A DNA stretch of 64,000 bases. Source: a virus. Its lineage: Duplodnaviria; Caudoviricetes. How positions within the stretch are numbered: position 1 is the first letter of the stretch; each line of letters starts with the position of its first letter. Positions 36,701 to 45,495 of this stretch are shown here, one piece after another. The position numbers and the translations under genes are program-made. Location of the stretch: the IMG/VR virus record IMGVR_UViG_3300017914_001603, positions 1,731-65,730 of that record. The stretch is one strand, 5' to 3'. The notes under the pieces are model-generated. The model was not told the origin of the DNA, searched no databases, and worked only from the letters and a program-made list of their open reading frames with translations.

Positions 36701-39110
36701 CAAGAGATGGAGACATACGCTGTTCAAGTTCAAGAAGAGAGAGCGTGGTGTATTCTTCAAGTTCGTCCAACTTCGCTTCTAGTTTAGCGATGTCTGCCAT
36801 CGTATAACGCTTGTGCTCGATCGGAGTTGTTTGAAGATCGTTTTGATCCAAGGTGTTCGCATTCAAAAGAATCTTATAAAGTTCGAGAGCATTGTCCGGT
36901 GTTGGTTTGAACTGCGGATTCTCTGCCTGTTGACCCATAAGCAACTGAATGTCACCTTCCTGAGTCACGATCAACTTATCTGCGCGCGGGAGATAGTAAC
37001 TCACATCTGCCGTGATGTTCGTACCGCTTCTTGGTAACTCATGGATATTCGAGAATGTATCATCGCTATCTTTATCAGGACGGAAATCAATGTAATTGAA
37101 TAGTCTTACTTCTGTGCCGTCCTGAAGAGAATGCGTTGGAATATCTGCGTAAGGTTGCGAATAAGAAGTCGCATCATAGAAGTCACCCGTACCACGAGCA
37201 TAATACTGATAGTTGACATAAATTTCGTTTGGCGCAGAATCTTGAGAATTTAAGATAAGACGACCATTTTCGTAATAATTGTCTCTCTGTCCATCATCTA
37301 GCGTAAATCTTCCTAACATGTCTAACCCAGAAGCATCTGTATTTCTCGCCGAGTCAATCTGATAAATGTCTGGATGATCGAAGACATAAAAATTAACACC
37401 GTCAACAGTTCTGAGCGGCACAGTTTCTGTTGCTGTTGTTAGTGTTTTTGATTTACGAGTTGCTGTTTTAGAATAGTAGTAAATTACCTCGTATGTCTTT
37501 CCTGCAGTCAATCCTGTGATCTGAGCATCACGACCACCAGAAGAAACTGTTGGATTGATTACTTGGAACGATTCGTCTGCCGCAGCAACGACCCAAAGGG
37601 AAGTGTCGGTGTATGCTTCGCCAACAGATAACTGAGACATTGTAATAGTACCACCGGTCGCAACCTGAGACTGTCGCGATTGAACGGTCATCGTGATATC
37701 AGAAAACGATTCAGGTCTAGGTCTCGCTGTAGGGAATAGCAGGTCGTTATCAGTTGTTTGATGCAACCTAAACTTACCACCCTCTAAAACAATACCAAAA
37801 TAATCGGTATTCGGGTCTGTGCCAATTTTTCTTGCGTCATTAAGGTTATCTGAAATGCCAGTTAATGGTTCGATATCAAAAAGATAGACGCGATGATAAG
37901 CACCGTCTTTCTCGACGGCACGGATATGTGCCGTTCCTAAAGAACTGTTGTTTGCTGCATATATGGTAACGCGACCATAATCTAGATCTGGAAGACCGCG
38001 ACACGAATCAACTAAGATATAATTACCATAAGAAACAGGGACGACATCATTCGTAACAGTCTCAGTCGCCAACGGTCTTGGGATATTTAATTTGGTTGGC
38101 GAAGAATTGTCAACACGATAACCATTTACATATGCAGTTCCTGCAGAAACGACCAAATCTAAATTCGAATCGTTCGGGATATTATCGTCGATATGAATAG
38201 TGAAAGGGTTGACGATATAGTCGCCTGACTCTTCATTAGTTCGTGTTGCTAACAGATCACCGAGTTTATTGTATGCGTCTGATGTTTTTATTTCATCAAC
38301 GATCGTTGAGTTCTCTACCCTTGCGATGTAAACGAAAATATCATCGCTTGCAACCTTGTCTTGGGTTGTCAGTGTCAGTTTAATTCTGTAACGATCTGCA
38401 CCAGGAGATGCAGTGTTTGGTGCTCCGCCTGTGTTGTCATACAAAGCAGTTGTATCGTTAACAGTAACGACTTCTTGTTCTACTTTAAAACCAACAACCG
38501 CGTCAACAGTATTTGTGTATGGCGAAAGAATAATTGATTGTGAGTTCGCTTGAACGAAACGACCCAATACAAAGAAATCGCCTTCGTAAACATCGAACCG
38601 AACGCCTCTACCTGTTGCATTTGGATTCTCAGTAATCAGTTGATACCCGTCCGGACCGACAAGCGTTTCGCCGTCTTGGAATACTGAAGGCGACCCAGTT
38701 ACCGCCGCGTCATTATTATCGATATATTGAATGTAAAGAGTGTCGAGCACAAAGTCGTTTGATTTAGGTTCGACCCTAAGAACTTTCGCTTTAATACCGG
38801 AAGTGAGACCCTCAAAAACGCCACCGACTGGAATATCAGAGAATGCCGCTGGTTCGTTTGTAGAAGCAATCTTGACGCAATCATATTCTGAGTTGATCGC
38901 CGTTCCGCCTGAAGAAACCGCAGAACCTTCTTTAAAAATGTTACGACCGAACCTGCCCATTTCTTCATAGACAAGAGTCTGGAGTTGGGTTAATTCGCGT
39001 GCCTGTAGTGCTCGACCGGAGTTGAACAGAATCTGGTGATAGTTGTCGCTGTCCCTAAAATCGTCTCTGTATGTACTCAGGAGCGTGTCTGAAGTAAATG
39101 TTGTTGCCAT
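33774..39110 (-). CDS. Large virion structural protein (DUF4815/VrlC-like)
   Basis: YRDDF...YHQILFNSGRALQARELTQLQT, PGADRYRIKL, LATRTNEESGDYIVNPF, HKRYTMADIAKLE, PLASRSVNPNPF, NPMAQTF motifs. Confidence 0.85.
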   Translation of the reverse strand: MATTFTSDTLLSTYRDDFRDSDNYHQILFNSGRALQARELTQLQTLVYEEMGRFGRNIFKEGSAVSSGGTAINSEYDCVKIASTNEPAAFSDIPVGGVFEGLTSGIKAKVLRVEPKSNDFVLDTLYIQYIDNNDAAVTGSPSVFQDGETLVGPDGYQLITENPNATGRGVRFDVYEGDFFVLGRFVQANSQSIILSPYTNTVDAVVGFKVEQEVVTVNDTTALYDNTGGAPNTASPGADRYRIKLTLTTQDKVASDDIFVYIARVENSTIVDEIKTSDAYNKLGDLLATRTNEESGDYIVNPFTIHIDDNIPNDSNLDLVVSAGTAYVNGYRVDNSSPTKLNIPRPLATETVTNDVVPVSYGNYILVDSCRGLPDLDYGRVTIYAANNSSLGTAHIRAVEKDGAYHRVYLFDIEPLTGISDNLNDARKIGTDPNTDYFGIVLEGGKFRLHQTTDNDLLFPTARPRPESFSDITMTVQSRQSQVATGGTITMSQLSVGEAYTDTSLWVVAAADESFQVINPTVSSGGRDAQITGLTAGKTYEVIYYYSKTATRKSKTLTTATETVPLRTVDGVNFYVFDHPDIYQIDSARNTDASGLDMLGRFTLDDGQRDNYYENGRLILNSQDSAPNEIYVNYQYYARGTGDFYDATSYSQPYADIPTHSLQDGTEVRLFNYIDFRPDKDSDDTFSNIHELPRSGTNITADVSYYLPRADKLIVTQEGDIQLLMGQQAENPQFKPTPDNALELYKILLNANTLDQNDLQTTPIEHKRYTMADIAKLEAKLDELEEYTTLSLLELEQRMSPSLDSDGNERIESGSFVDDLKDQSGADTHNPDYSASIDPESRLIRPSADEDNIRLVWDSSLNPASNNITKQGDQVYLGYDSAQWVSQPLASRSVNPNPFGIVDNVGTLKLSPSSDEWKESKEEAESAIAGASKIDRQQAFLWNNWMWNWCGRRAEDNQFDYNSRPKNAAEARRRRELFRREKYSSSFSSLPTDTANGKYVSRVVSSDTLRSIVNGRIVDLALVPWMRSRKIYFHAKGLKPKTKFTPFFDGQNVSEWCREETTFVRWADRTDDIGNQHRTSSVSTHPDGTTELTSDENGEVIGSFFIPNIKPVYYMTRYGKRRTKKAVYRRFRTGIREFKLLDINENNWTEANSKCFAYYTALGAFSKRYNNILSTRAYQAITPWSYINSRMSVYTPKETRDILNNVSVSGVSLVDPKLAGKYGPATTPLTNAALSGLDATGQMSQVLSDYISVNENQFAGARVNPLSIPQNPMAQTFVVDNQFGVVLTKVSLFFRAKDSGNLPISIHLRPVENGKPSTTTIVPDSQVFLNPNQVELPRGEDPQLSDLRETPFVFDEPVFLQPWTEYAIVVSTQSTEYDLFSAKTKESVLGSSARTVTTQLSSGSLFLPQNGVMWLESKDQDLMYKLYRAKFDLGGGSLILRNARLPATSLDDNPIRTNAGSSRIYVSQRCHGLEVGDQAYLDSCFADINGIPFTSINGAHVVDSADLNGYVVDVGSAATSTGFAGGDSILARKNKVFSVANAYVESVIPNFTSIDMSAKFTTGKYISGTNTRFNQDAQYVRVTPQQNIDFNSPRAIYNHSSEDSDLGPGIYSSYVKVDLKTSNDYVSPIIDLQRASLILAGFCMDNPDVTPSIYPVSEAEPQGGTAGSKHITTPVTLAEPAVGIDARLNVNIPDGADIEFWFRTASADQNINDLPWTRQNIENQIPNDNDQTYREARFLPGGAGGNLQPFNQAQAKIVMKGSSDHPTIRNLGITYCAV

Positions 39111-39113
39111 CTT

Positions 39114-40448
39114 TTATCCTAATTCAATTACTATGCGAATGTCTTCGGTTTGAGTTTCTTCTCTCGGTATTGCTGAACTAATGTTATTTAGGTAGAAAAT
39201 TTCACCCGAATAAATGTCAACATCCGGATTAACTACGTTAACAATCTGGAACGATCTTGCTGATCCTTCAACGCTTGCGACTGTGTCGCCGCCATCGAAT
39301 AAGTCGAATCCAGTACTCTGATCTTGAAAATAATACAACTTGTTGTTAATTGTGTCGTGATAAAATACCTTTGCGATTGCTCCACCACCTTGTTTTTGGA
39401 TCAACTCATTTTCGTCAAATTCATCATTTGTCGCAATATCAAAGTATTTTAAACAGATGCCAGTGTTTGATGTAAAATCTGAATCAGAGTTATATTTTTT
39501 CGGATCCTTAATTAATGCGACTTGACCGAAATCGTTTTCTGAAAGAATTGTGTTTGTCTCGTCGCCTTGAAAATCTAATTGAATCATCAATGCAGAAGAT
39601 TTCAACGAGACAACTGGGTCGGCAGCAAGTCCTCCTGCCGGAGCAATGATTGGTCTTAATATCGCACCAGTGCCATCTGTTGGAATTGATGCTGCATAAC
39701 TGTAAGAACTTCCGTGAAGGAACTCGCCGTTACCATCAGGGTCAACTTGCACCCCTTTGATCTGATCGCCGTCGCTAATCAACGAGAATGATGCGCTGTC
39801 ACCATCACCAGTTATATTAATAGTAGAGAAAGATAGATAACCCGAACCAGAACCATCAATTGCGATACTGAGGATTTCACCATCAATCGCGGCATCTTGT
39901 AACAATCTCTGCGCTGCTTCTTCAGGAACTGACAATTGACTAGCAGAGTCGACCATGGTTTTTACTGGGATATACGATGAAGTTTTGAAGTTAGAGATCG
40001 CCAGATTCGAGAGTTTATACATGAATCTCCACTTATAACCGTCCGATGTTCTAAACGTTTTTCCGTTCGTATTATTTGTTGGTTCGACGATAGAACCAAC
40101 TGCAGCATAAGCGCCGTCCATTCCCTGTTCAATACAGATGAACACTTCGTTGTTTGAATTCAACACGTAGAAATTAGTTTGCGCTGGATCATTATCATCA
40201 TATGCTTCATACACCGTCCCACTATTCCAGTTGATTGTTGGGACTACAAAAGAAACATTACTGACGACCTTTACAGACTGCAAAGTATTTCTGAGTTTAA
40301 ACTGTTCTGCCCTCGAAGAAATATCTGTCGACGCAGTAAAATCTTCGGATCTTGCCAACCCGACGTAATATCTGTTCGAACTCTCGATATCGCCTTTAAA
40401 CTGATCGAGAAGAAAATTCCTAAAATTATTTGTTACTGCGCTGGTCAT
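39114..40448 (-). CDS. gp8: Baseplate wedge subunit
   Basis: FVVPTINWNSGTVYEAYDD, FYVLNSNNEVFICI, SDGYKWRFMYKL, SGEIFYLNN, EDIRIVIEL. Confidence 0.8.
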   Translation of the reverse strand: MTSAVTNNFRNFLLDQFKGDIESSNRYYVGLARSEDFTASTDISSRAEQFKLRNTLQSVKVVSNVSFVVPTINWNSGTVYEAYDDNDPAQTNFYVLNSNNEVFICIEQGMDGAYAAVGSIVEPTNNTNGKTFRTSDGYKWRFMYKLSNLAISNFKTSSYIPVKTMVDSASQLSVPEEAAQRLLQDAAIDGEILSIAIDGSGSGYLSFSTINITGDGDSASFSLISDGDQIKGVQVDPDGNGEFLHGSSYSYAASIPTDGTGAILRPIIAPAGGLAADPVVSLKSSALMIQLDFQGDETNTILSENDFGQVALIKDPKKYNSDSDFTSNTGICLKYFDIATNDEFDENELIQKQGGGAIAKVFYHDTINNKLYYFQDQSTGFDLFDGGDTVASVEGSARSFQIVNVVNPDVDIYSGEIFYLNNISSAIPREETQTEDIRIVIELG

Positions 40449-40477
40449 ATTTCAATCTCTACTTACATTATAATGTT

Positions 40478-40485
40478 TATTTATA
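40478..40485 (-). promoter_or_regulatory. T4-type late promoter overlapping the gp6 stop codon
   Basis: Exact TATAAATA whose TAA is the gp6 stop. Confidence 0.7.
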
Positions 40486-42265
40486 CGGTATTTGTGACGA
40501 TTGCTCGAGCACTCGAAGAAGCAGCGTCATAATTAAGAATGTTATTCCTTAAAGGATCGATTGTCGCTTGATTCGCAGGGAGTGCAGTGATTTTAAAATA
40601 AGTTCCGGAGATCAACGAACCTGTGAATCCGGACAGGGAGATGACGCCACTAGTGGAGTCATAACTGCCCACATTATCCCTGACGATATTTCCGGAAGTG
40701 TCAATAACCTCAATAGCAGAAGAATTTAGATTATTTCTGAGGGTGCAGACTTTGCCCCTAAAGAAGAATGAAGAAGATTCAATTGTATAGAATTCTTCAT
40801 CTGGTTCTGCAATTGATGTCGGAAACACAATTTTATAAGTTGACTCGCCGGAAGTCGGAGTGAAACGGTTTTGCATTTTAATTGTCGCGCGACTCGAAAG
40901 AACAGAGGTATCTGTTTCGTCAATGTCAGTCAATAGATTAGAACGCCTAAAAGATTTGTCAAATTCGCCGAGATTATTTTCAAAGTATGTTTGCATCGTA
41001 TCCTTTACAGCACTTTCGACCGCTGTTTGAGAAGAAGAAGTGAGGTTTGGATTGAACTGGAACACTGTATCAATCTCAATAAATGTTCTGTTCGGTTCAA
41101 CAAATTCAATGTCAAACGATGCAACAGAAAGATCCTTCGCAAGATTTCTAATATTGCCTTTGGCAGTTTCTTGTAGCACACTGTCTTGTGTCGAGAAATC
41201 AATCGAAACATAAACTGTCCCAAATTTAGGTGGGATATTATCCTCGCCGCCCCAAGATTTAATGTCATTGATAAGACTTGAAAAGTTCCTCAAGATCAAT
41301 GAAGAGTAGTCCTCTGCGGTCACCATACGGTTTTGTGTCGCATACAGGTATGGTGCATTCTTTCGAATTGACTCGATGTCTTCTTTTAATGCTCCTCCAT
41401 CTGAAGAAGCGGTAGTCGTTACTGTGATTGCCAATCCATCTAATTGTGCTTCTGGGGTAAAGGTGCTCGCGCCGTTAGCGTCTGGTCCAGAAACAACATC
41501 ATAAATCACTTGGATACGATTACCCGCGCTCGGGATTTGTTCTGTTATCAAACCATTACCGAAAGACAATTCATAGAAACCGTTTGGTGTTTCTTTGATA
41601 ACATAGATTTTCGATTCACTCGTGATATTCGTTGCTTCTAGAATATTTGTATAGACATCATAATAAGAAGACGACGTGTCTTGATAAACGCGAACTGTGA
41701 CCGTATTCAAGTCAAGGTTTGTGACCGGTATGACGTAAGTGTCGTTGTCGCTTATGTTTCCGGCGATAAAGTTTCTTTCCTTCGAGACACCTTCGAACAA
41801 TGGGACGTTGATGTTGTCATCTAATGAAAAGTAAAACCTTCCTGATCCATCGTTAGTCGCAGTCAATGCTTCTCTGGTCTTAAATGTGTAAGACTTATTA
41901 TCTACAGTCGCAGAAAAAGAAGTTCCTGCCGGCATCGTTTTACTTGAAACTGCAGCGAGGTCTGTGACATACATCTGAACAATTGCTGTAGAAGCAGTTC
42001 TAGAACCGACAGTGTATCCCAAACTTCCAGCGTGACCAACGAGCGAGGATCTCAACTGCGCGGTAGAAAGAAATGATTCGTTCAGGGCAAAGTTTGCAAG
42101 TAATGCATTTTGGTGTGTATTGTAGGCAAGGACGTCTAACAGGTTCGATAGACCAGATGCCTCAAAGTTGTAATCCGAAAATTCAGGTTGCTTCTGAAAA
42201 TATTCTTTTAAACTATTTTTTATTTCGTTGAAATCCAGTTCAGAAGAACGAATTGTGGTCGCCAT
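40481..42265 (-). CDS. gp6: Baseplate wedge subunit
   Basis: ELDFNEIKNSLKEYF, DYNFEASGLSNLLDVLAYNTH, ESFLSTAQLRSS, QNRMVTAEDY, WGGEDNIPPKFGTVYVSI. Confidence 0.95.
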   Translation of the reverse strand: MATTIRSSELDFNEIKNSLKEYFQKQPEFSDYNFEASGLSNLLDVLAYNTHQNALLANFALNESFLSTAQLRSSLVGHAGSLGYTVGSRTASTAIVQMYVTDLAAVSSKTMPAGTSFSATVDNKSYTFKTREALTATNDGSGRFYFSLDDNINVPLFEGVSKERNFIAGNISDNDTYVIPVTNLDLNTVTVRVYQDTSSSYYDVYTNILEATNITSESKIYVIKETPNGFYELSFGNGLITEQIPSAGNRIQVIYDVVSGPDANGASTFTPEAQLDGLAITVTTTASSDGGALKEDIESIRKNAPYLYATQNRMVTAEDYSSLILRNFSSLINDIKSWGGEDNIPPKFGTVYVSIDFSTQDSVLQETAKGNIRNLAKDLSVASFDIEFVEPNRTFIEIDTVFQFNPNLTSSSQTAVESAVKDTMQTYFENNLGEFDKSFRRSNLLTDIDETDTSVLSSRATIKMQNRFTPTSGESTYKIVFPTSIAEPDEEFYTIESSSFFFRGKVCTLRNNLNSSAIEVIDTSGNIVRDNVGSYDSTSGVISLSGFTGSLISGTYFKITALPANQATIDPLRNNILNYDAASSSARAIVTNTV

Positions 42266-42293
42266 TTGCCTTCTCCAAAATTAATAACAAAAG

Positions 42294-42301
42294 TATTTAT
42301 A
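42294..42301 (-). promoter_or_regulatory. T4-type late promoter
   Basis: Exact TATAAATA after a terminator, upstream of gp6. Confidence 0.8.
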
Positions 42302-42304
42302 CAC

Positions 42305-42328
42305 AAAAAAGGGGACCGAAGTCCCCTT
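42305..42328 (-). terminator. Intrinsic terminator
   Basis: GGGGAC-TTCG-GTCCCC followed by a T6 run. Confidence 0.9.
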
Positions 42329-42347
42329 ATTCCATATTATGTTATAA

Positions 42348-44045
42348 TTATGGATTTTGTATAGTGATTGCATCGCCGTCTTCAGTGATCAGGTATCCAG
42401 ACAAGTCTTGCAGCATCAACGCACCAGCAGGAGTTGTTGGAGTAGAACCACCACCACCACTTGTACCAGCACCAACATTACCAAGCATAAAGACCTGAAC
42501 ATTGGTCAATGACACGTCTGAAGTCAAAGTTATGTTGTCTGAGTCGACTGCATCGACGTCAAACTCAATCGCAGAACCAACTGAATTCATGACGTGTATC
42601 ACGAAGTCGTTAGGGTCTGTCAGACTCATGGCGTGGTTGACAGTCTGTGGAGTGTTCGCTGTCAGTGAAGTTGTGCCTGTGAACGAAGCAACATTGTCAC
42701 GCGACTCAAGATCAACAATTCTTGAGTCTAGCGCAGCGATATCACTGTCATTAGCATTGATCTCGCCGTGGAGTTCGTTAATGGCGTCAACTAGAGTCGT
42801 TGCAGTTGTATTCAGCGTCTCACTAAATCCAACGAATGCTTTGATGTCTGAGTCAACATCTTGAAGATCAGAGATATCTGAATCATGACTGTCTAAACGA
42901 CTTTCTGCAGAATCAAGGCGATTTTCTAGAGAATTTAATTTATCTGATAAATCTGAATCTTCGTCCTGAAGGTTAGAGATGATATCAGAGTCATCGTTTA
43001 ATCTAGTTTCAACTTCGACAAACCTTAGATCTGCTGAGTCAAGTCTTCGCTCGACTTCATCTACTCGATCGACTAGACCGTCAAAAGATGCATCTTTAAG
43101 GTCGAATCTAACACCGAAATCTGAGTCTGCGTCATATAACGCCTGAATATTAGAATCATGACCTGATAATCGAGATTCTACTGCGACGAAACGTAAATCT
43201 GCTGAATCTAAACGGGCATTAGCACTGTCGTCGATGCTCTTAAGCGCAACGATATCTGCATCAAGACCGTCAAGTCGTAGACTAGCAGCAGTTAAATCAC
43301 TATCAAGCGCAGCAAGGTCAGCGTCGTTTGCGGCGACTTCGTCGCTGTCTTGCAAAAAATTTGAATTCAACTCATTGATTGCATCGATAAGGTTAGTTGC
43401 AGTAAGATTGTCTGCAAGACTGTTAATTGCGCCAGAAGAGTCCCTACCAACAAACAATTCAAGGTTGTCGATATCTGTTCCGGCGGTTGCAACATCAGAA
43501 GCGAGTGTAGAACCTGCTAATGTCGCAGGAGTAATTACACGCTCAGTATCAGTTCCAGTGTCTACATCTAATTGAGCGGCGAGTTGAACTGTACCTGCTT
43601 CGGTTTCAGTTGCCTCATTAAAGTTTTTGTTTATTACCGATGCTTCTGTGGTAGAAGTCCACAGAACCATATCACCGACTTCAACAGTCGCTGTCGGTGT
43701 GAATGTGACGCCAGTGGCAGAAAGTGTACCAGCAGCATCAACGATATATTGGTGACCGGAAGCATGATCCGGATCAGAAGCAATAGATGCAACGTTCGAT
43801 GGGTTGATTAGACCCTTGAATATTACGTCGCCACTTACATCAGGCGATATCGTACGAAAGGTACTACCGTCCCAAATATTTAAGGTTTCTTCGTCAGTAT
43901 CGAATACGAATAAACCAGTGTTTCCAGTGCCAAGAGTACCTGCTAGGGCATTTTTCTCGGCAGTGGTGACGTTCTGAATGCGCGCATCAAGAATCTGACC
44001 GACTTTCGCCAAGTCCATGTCATGCATAATTCTTTGATTTGACAT
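42348..44045 (-). CDS. Segmented coiled-coil fibre protein, paralogue B
   Basis: Homologous to 11887..13455, with an extra Gly-rich linker and C-terminal LMLQDLSGYLITEDGDAITIQNP. Confidence 0.75.
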   Translation of the reverse strand: MSNQRIMHDMDLAKVGQILDARIQNVTTAEKNALAGTLGTGNTGLFVFDTDEETLNIWDGSTFRTISPDVSGDVIFKGLINPSNVASIASDPDHASGHQYIVDAAGTLSATGVTFTPTATVEVGDMVLWTSTTEASVINKNFNEATETEAGTVQLAAQLDVDTGTDTERVITPATLAGSTLASDVATAGTDIDNLELFVGRDSSGAINSLADNLTATNLIDAINELNSNFLQDSDEVAANDADLAALDSDLTAASLRLDGLDADIVALKSIDDSANARLDSADLRFVAVESRLSGHDSNIQALYDADSDFGVRFDLKDASFDGLVDRVDEVERRLDSADLRFVEVETRLNDDSDIISNLQDEDSDLSDKLNSLENRLDSAESRLDSHDSDISDLQDVDSDIKAFVGFSETLNTTATTLVDAINELHGEINANDSDIAALDSRIVDLESRDNVASFTGTTSLTANTPQTVNHAMSLTDPNDFVIHVMNSVGSAIEFDVDAVDSDNITLTSDVSLTNVQVFMLGNVGAGTSGGGGSTPTTPAGALMLQDLSGYLITEDGDAITIQNP

Positions 44046-44123
44046 CTCTTTTCTCCGTTATTGTTATTTTTTTATGACGAAAAGAGTCAGAAACTCTGAG
44101 ATTCAAAATTATTTTACATATTG

Positions 44124-44131
44124 TATTTATA
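44124..44131 (-). promoter_or_regulatory. T4-type late promoter
   Basis: Exact TATAAATA upstream of fibre paralogue B. Confidence 0.75.
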
Positions 44132-44188
44132 AAATATGATGGTTAATCAACCAATGTTTAGACAATTATATTTATTGAATTTGGGATC

Positions 44189-44752
44189 TTAGTCGAACGA
44201 TATATACTCGCCTTGCTCCGAAACCATAAAGTCTGAATCCATATCTGTTAAGATAACGCTTTGTGGAACCGGTTCTGGCGTGGTCGGTAAAACCTCAGCA
44301 ACCCTCGGTGAAGAAGGTCTTAAATTCAAGTTCATCGTTTCGACCACACTAGTATTTATAACCCTGAATTCTAGGCGGACAGAGATAGAGTTTTGATCAA
44401 GGTTGGAATACACATCGATGTTTAAAATCTTTGCGCGTGGTTCGAATCTCTCGATCGACTCAGCGATCGCTTCGATAATATCGTCACCAGTTTCTTCATT
44501 CGCCAATTCAAATAACATACTCCCAAGGTTTGCGCCAAAGGAAGGGCGATATGGTTTCTCAAATCGGTTTGTCAAGATGAGTGTTTTGATGGATTGCTTT
44601 ACAGCACCAGCGTCTGTCTTCTTATATATGTCTCCGACTTGACCTGAAGACTTGGTTGATAGTGTCAGGTCGATGTCTGAATATAATTTATTCTTGACGA
44701 CTCTGACACTACTCTGTAAACTTTTATCTTCTGTTGAAAAAACTCTTGACAT
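44189..44752 (-). CDS. gp25: Baseplate wedge subunit with C-terminal extension
   Basis: YSDIDL, DAGAVKQSIKTLILTNRFEKPYRPSFGANL..MLFEL, IERFEPRAKI; ~45 aa beyond the usual end. Confidence 0.93.
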   Translation of the reverse strand: MSRVFSTEDKSLQSSVRVVKNKLYSDIDLTLSTKSSGQVGDIYKKTDAGAVKQSIKTLILTNRFEKPYRPSFGANLGSMLFELANEETGDDIIEAIAESIERFEPRAKILNIDVYSNLDQNSISVRLEFRVINTSVVETMNLNLRPSSPRVAEVLPTTPEPVPQSVILTDMDSDFMVSEQGEYISFD

Positions 44753-44760
44753 TTTTATTC

Positions 44761-45495
44761 CTATTCTGGCAATATTTCTAATAGTTCATTCTTCGCTTGA
44801 AGTTCGCCATTGTACGTCGTTTCAAGGTCATAGTTATATTTAACCTCCCAAGAGTCAGGAACTGTAGGAATTTGTAAAAAAATTGTACAAGTCAGTTCAC
44901 CGCTTGGATCAAAGGTGTCATAATCAAGGGAAAGTTTATCATAATCGACATAATCTTTCCAGAACAATGCAAGGTCGAACGACTTCCTAGGATCGGTCTT
45001 ACCATATTTATCGATTAGTTGATAACCGATCGCCCGACCGTCTCTTCTCAGATCATTGATACTTCCGGCAGAAGGTCTTTCGCCGGTATAGACTGGGACT
45101 CTTGCAATCCAACCGTCTGGACCCTTTCCATAAGAAGCATTCGGAACACTATTCGCGACTTTCTTAGAATTTTCTTCGGTGCCGGTTGGCATCTCGCTAA
45201 TCTCAAACTTTGGATTTGGTTCGTAGATACCATCCGAAATAATTAATCTGTGTTGCGCGAATTCGTTATTCAGATATACCGCGTTGATAGCATTCGCATG
45301 AAGCACAAGGTTTCTAGCGATCTGGTTTCTATCTGCCGAACCGAAATAGTCTGCTGCATAGAGTCTTTCGAATTGGGTCGGCGAACCTTTAGAACCAAGA
45401 AACTTAGCACAAGTGATTCCGATTCCTAGTTTGGTCGAAGAAGTGACCTTCCCTTGTAGGTCTGGATTGTATTGTGGGTCAACTAAAACCTTCAT
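44761..45495 (-). CDS. Baseplate-cluster protein, possibly a degenerate peptidase M15-like fold
   Basis: Lies between gp5 and gp25; spacing of RNLVLHAN / LIISDGIY / GRAIGY / YDKLSLDY resembles M15A but lacks the Zn ligands. Confidence 0.4.
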   Translation of the reverse strand: MKVLVDPQYNPDLQGKVTSSTKLGIGITCAKFLGSKGSPTQFERLYAADYFGSADRNQIARNLVLHANAINAVYLNNEFAQHRLIISDGIYEPNPKFEISEMPTGTEENSKKVANSVPNASYGKGPDGWIARVPVYTGERPSAGSINDLRRDGRAIGYQLIDKYGKTDPRKSFDLALFWKDYVDYDKLSLDYDTFDPSGELTCTIFLQIPTVPDSWEVKYNYDLETTYNGELQAKNELLEILPE

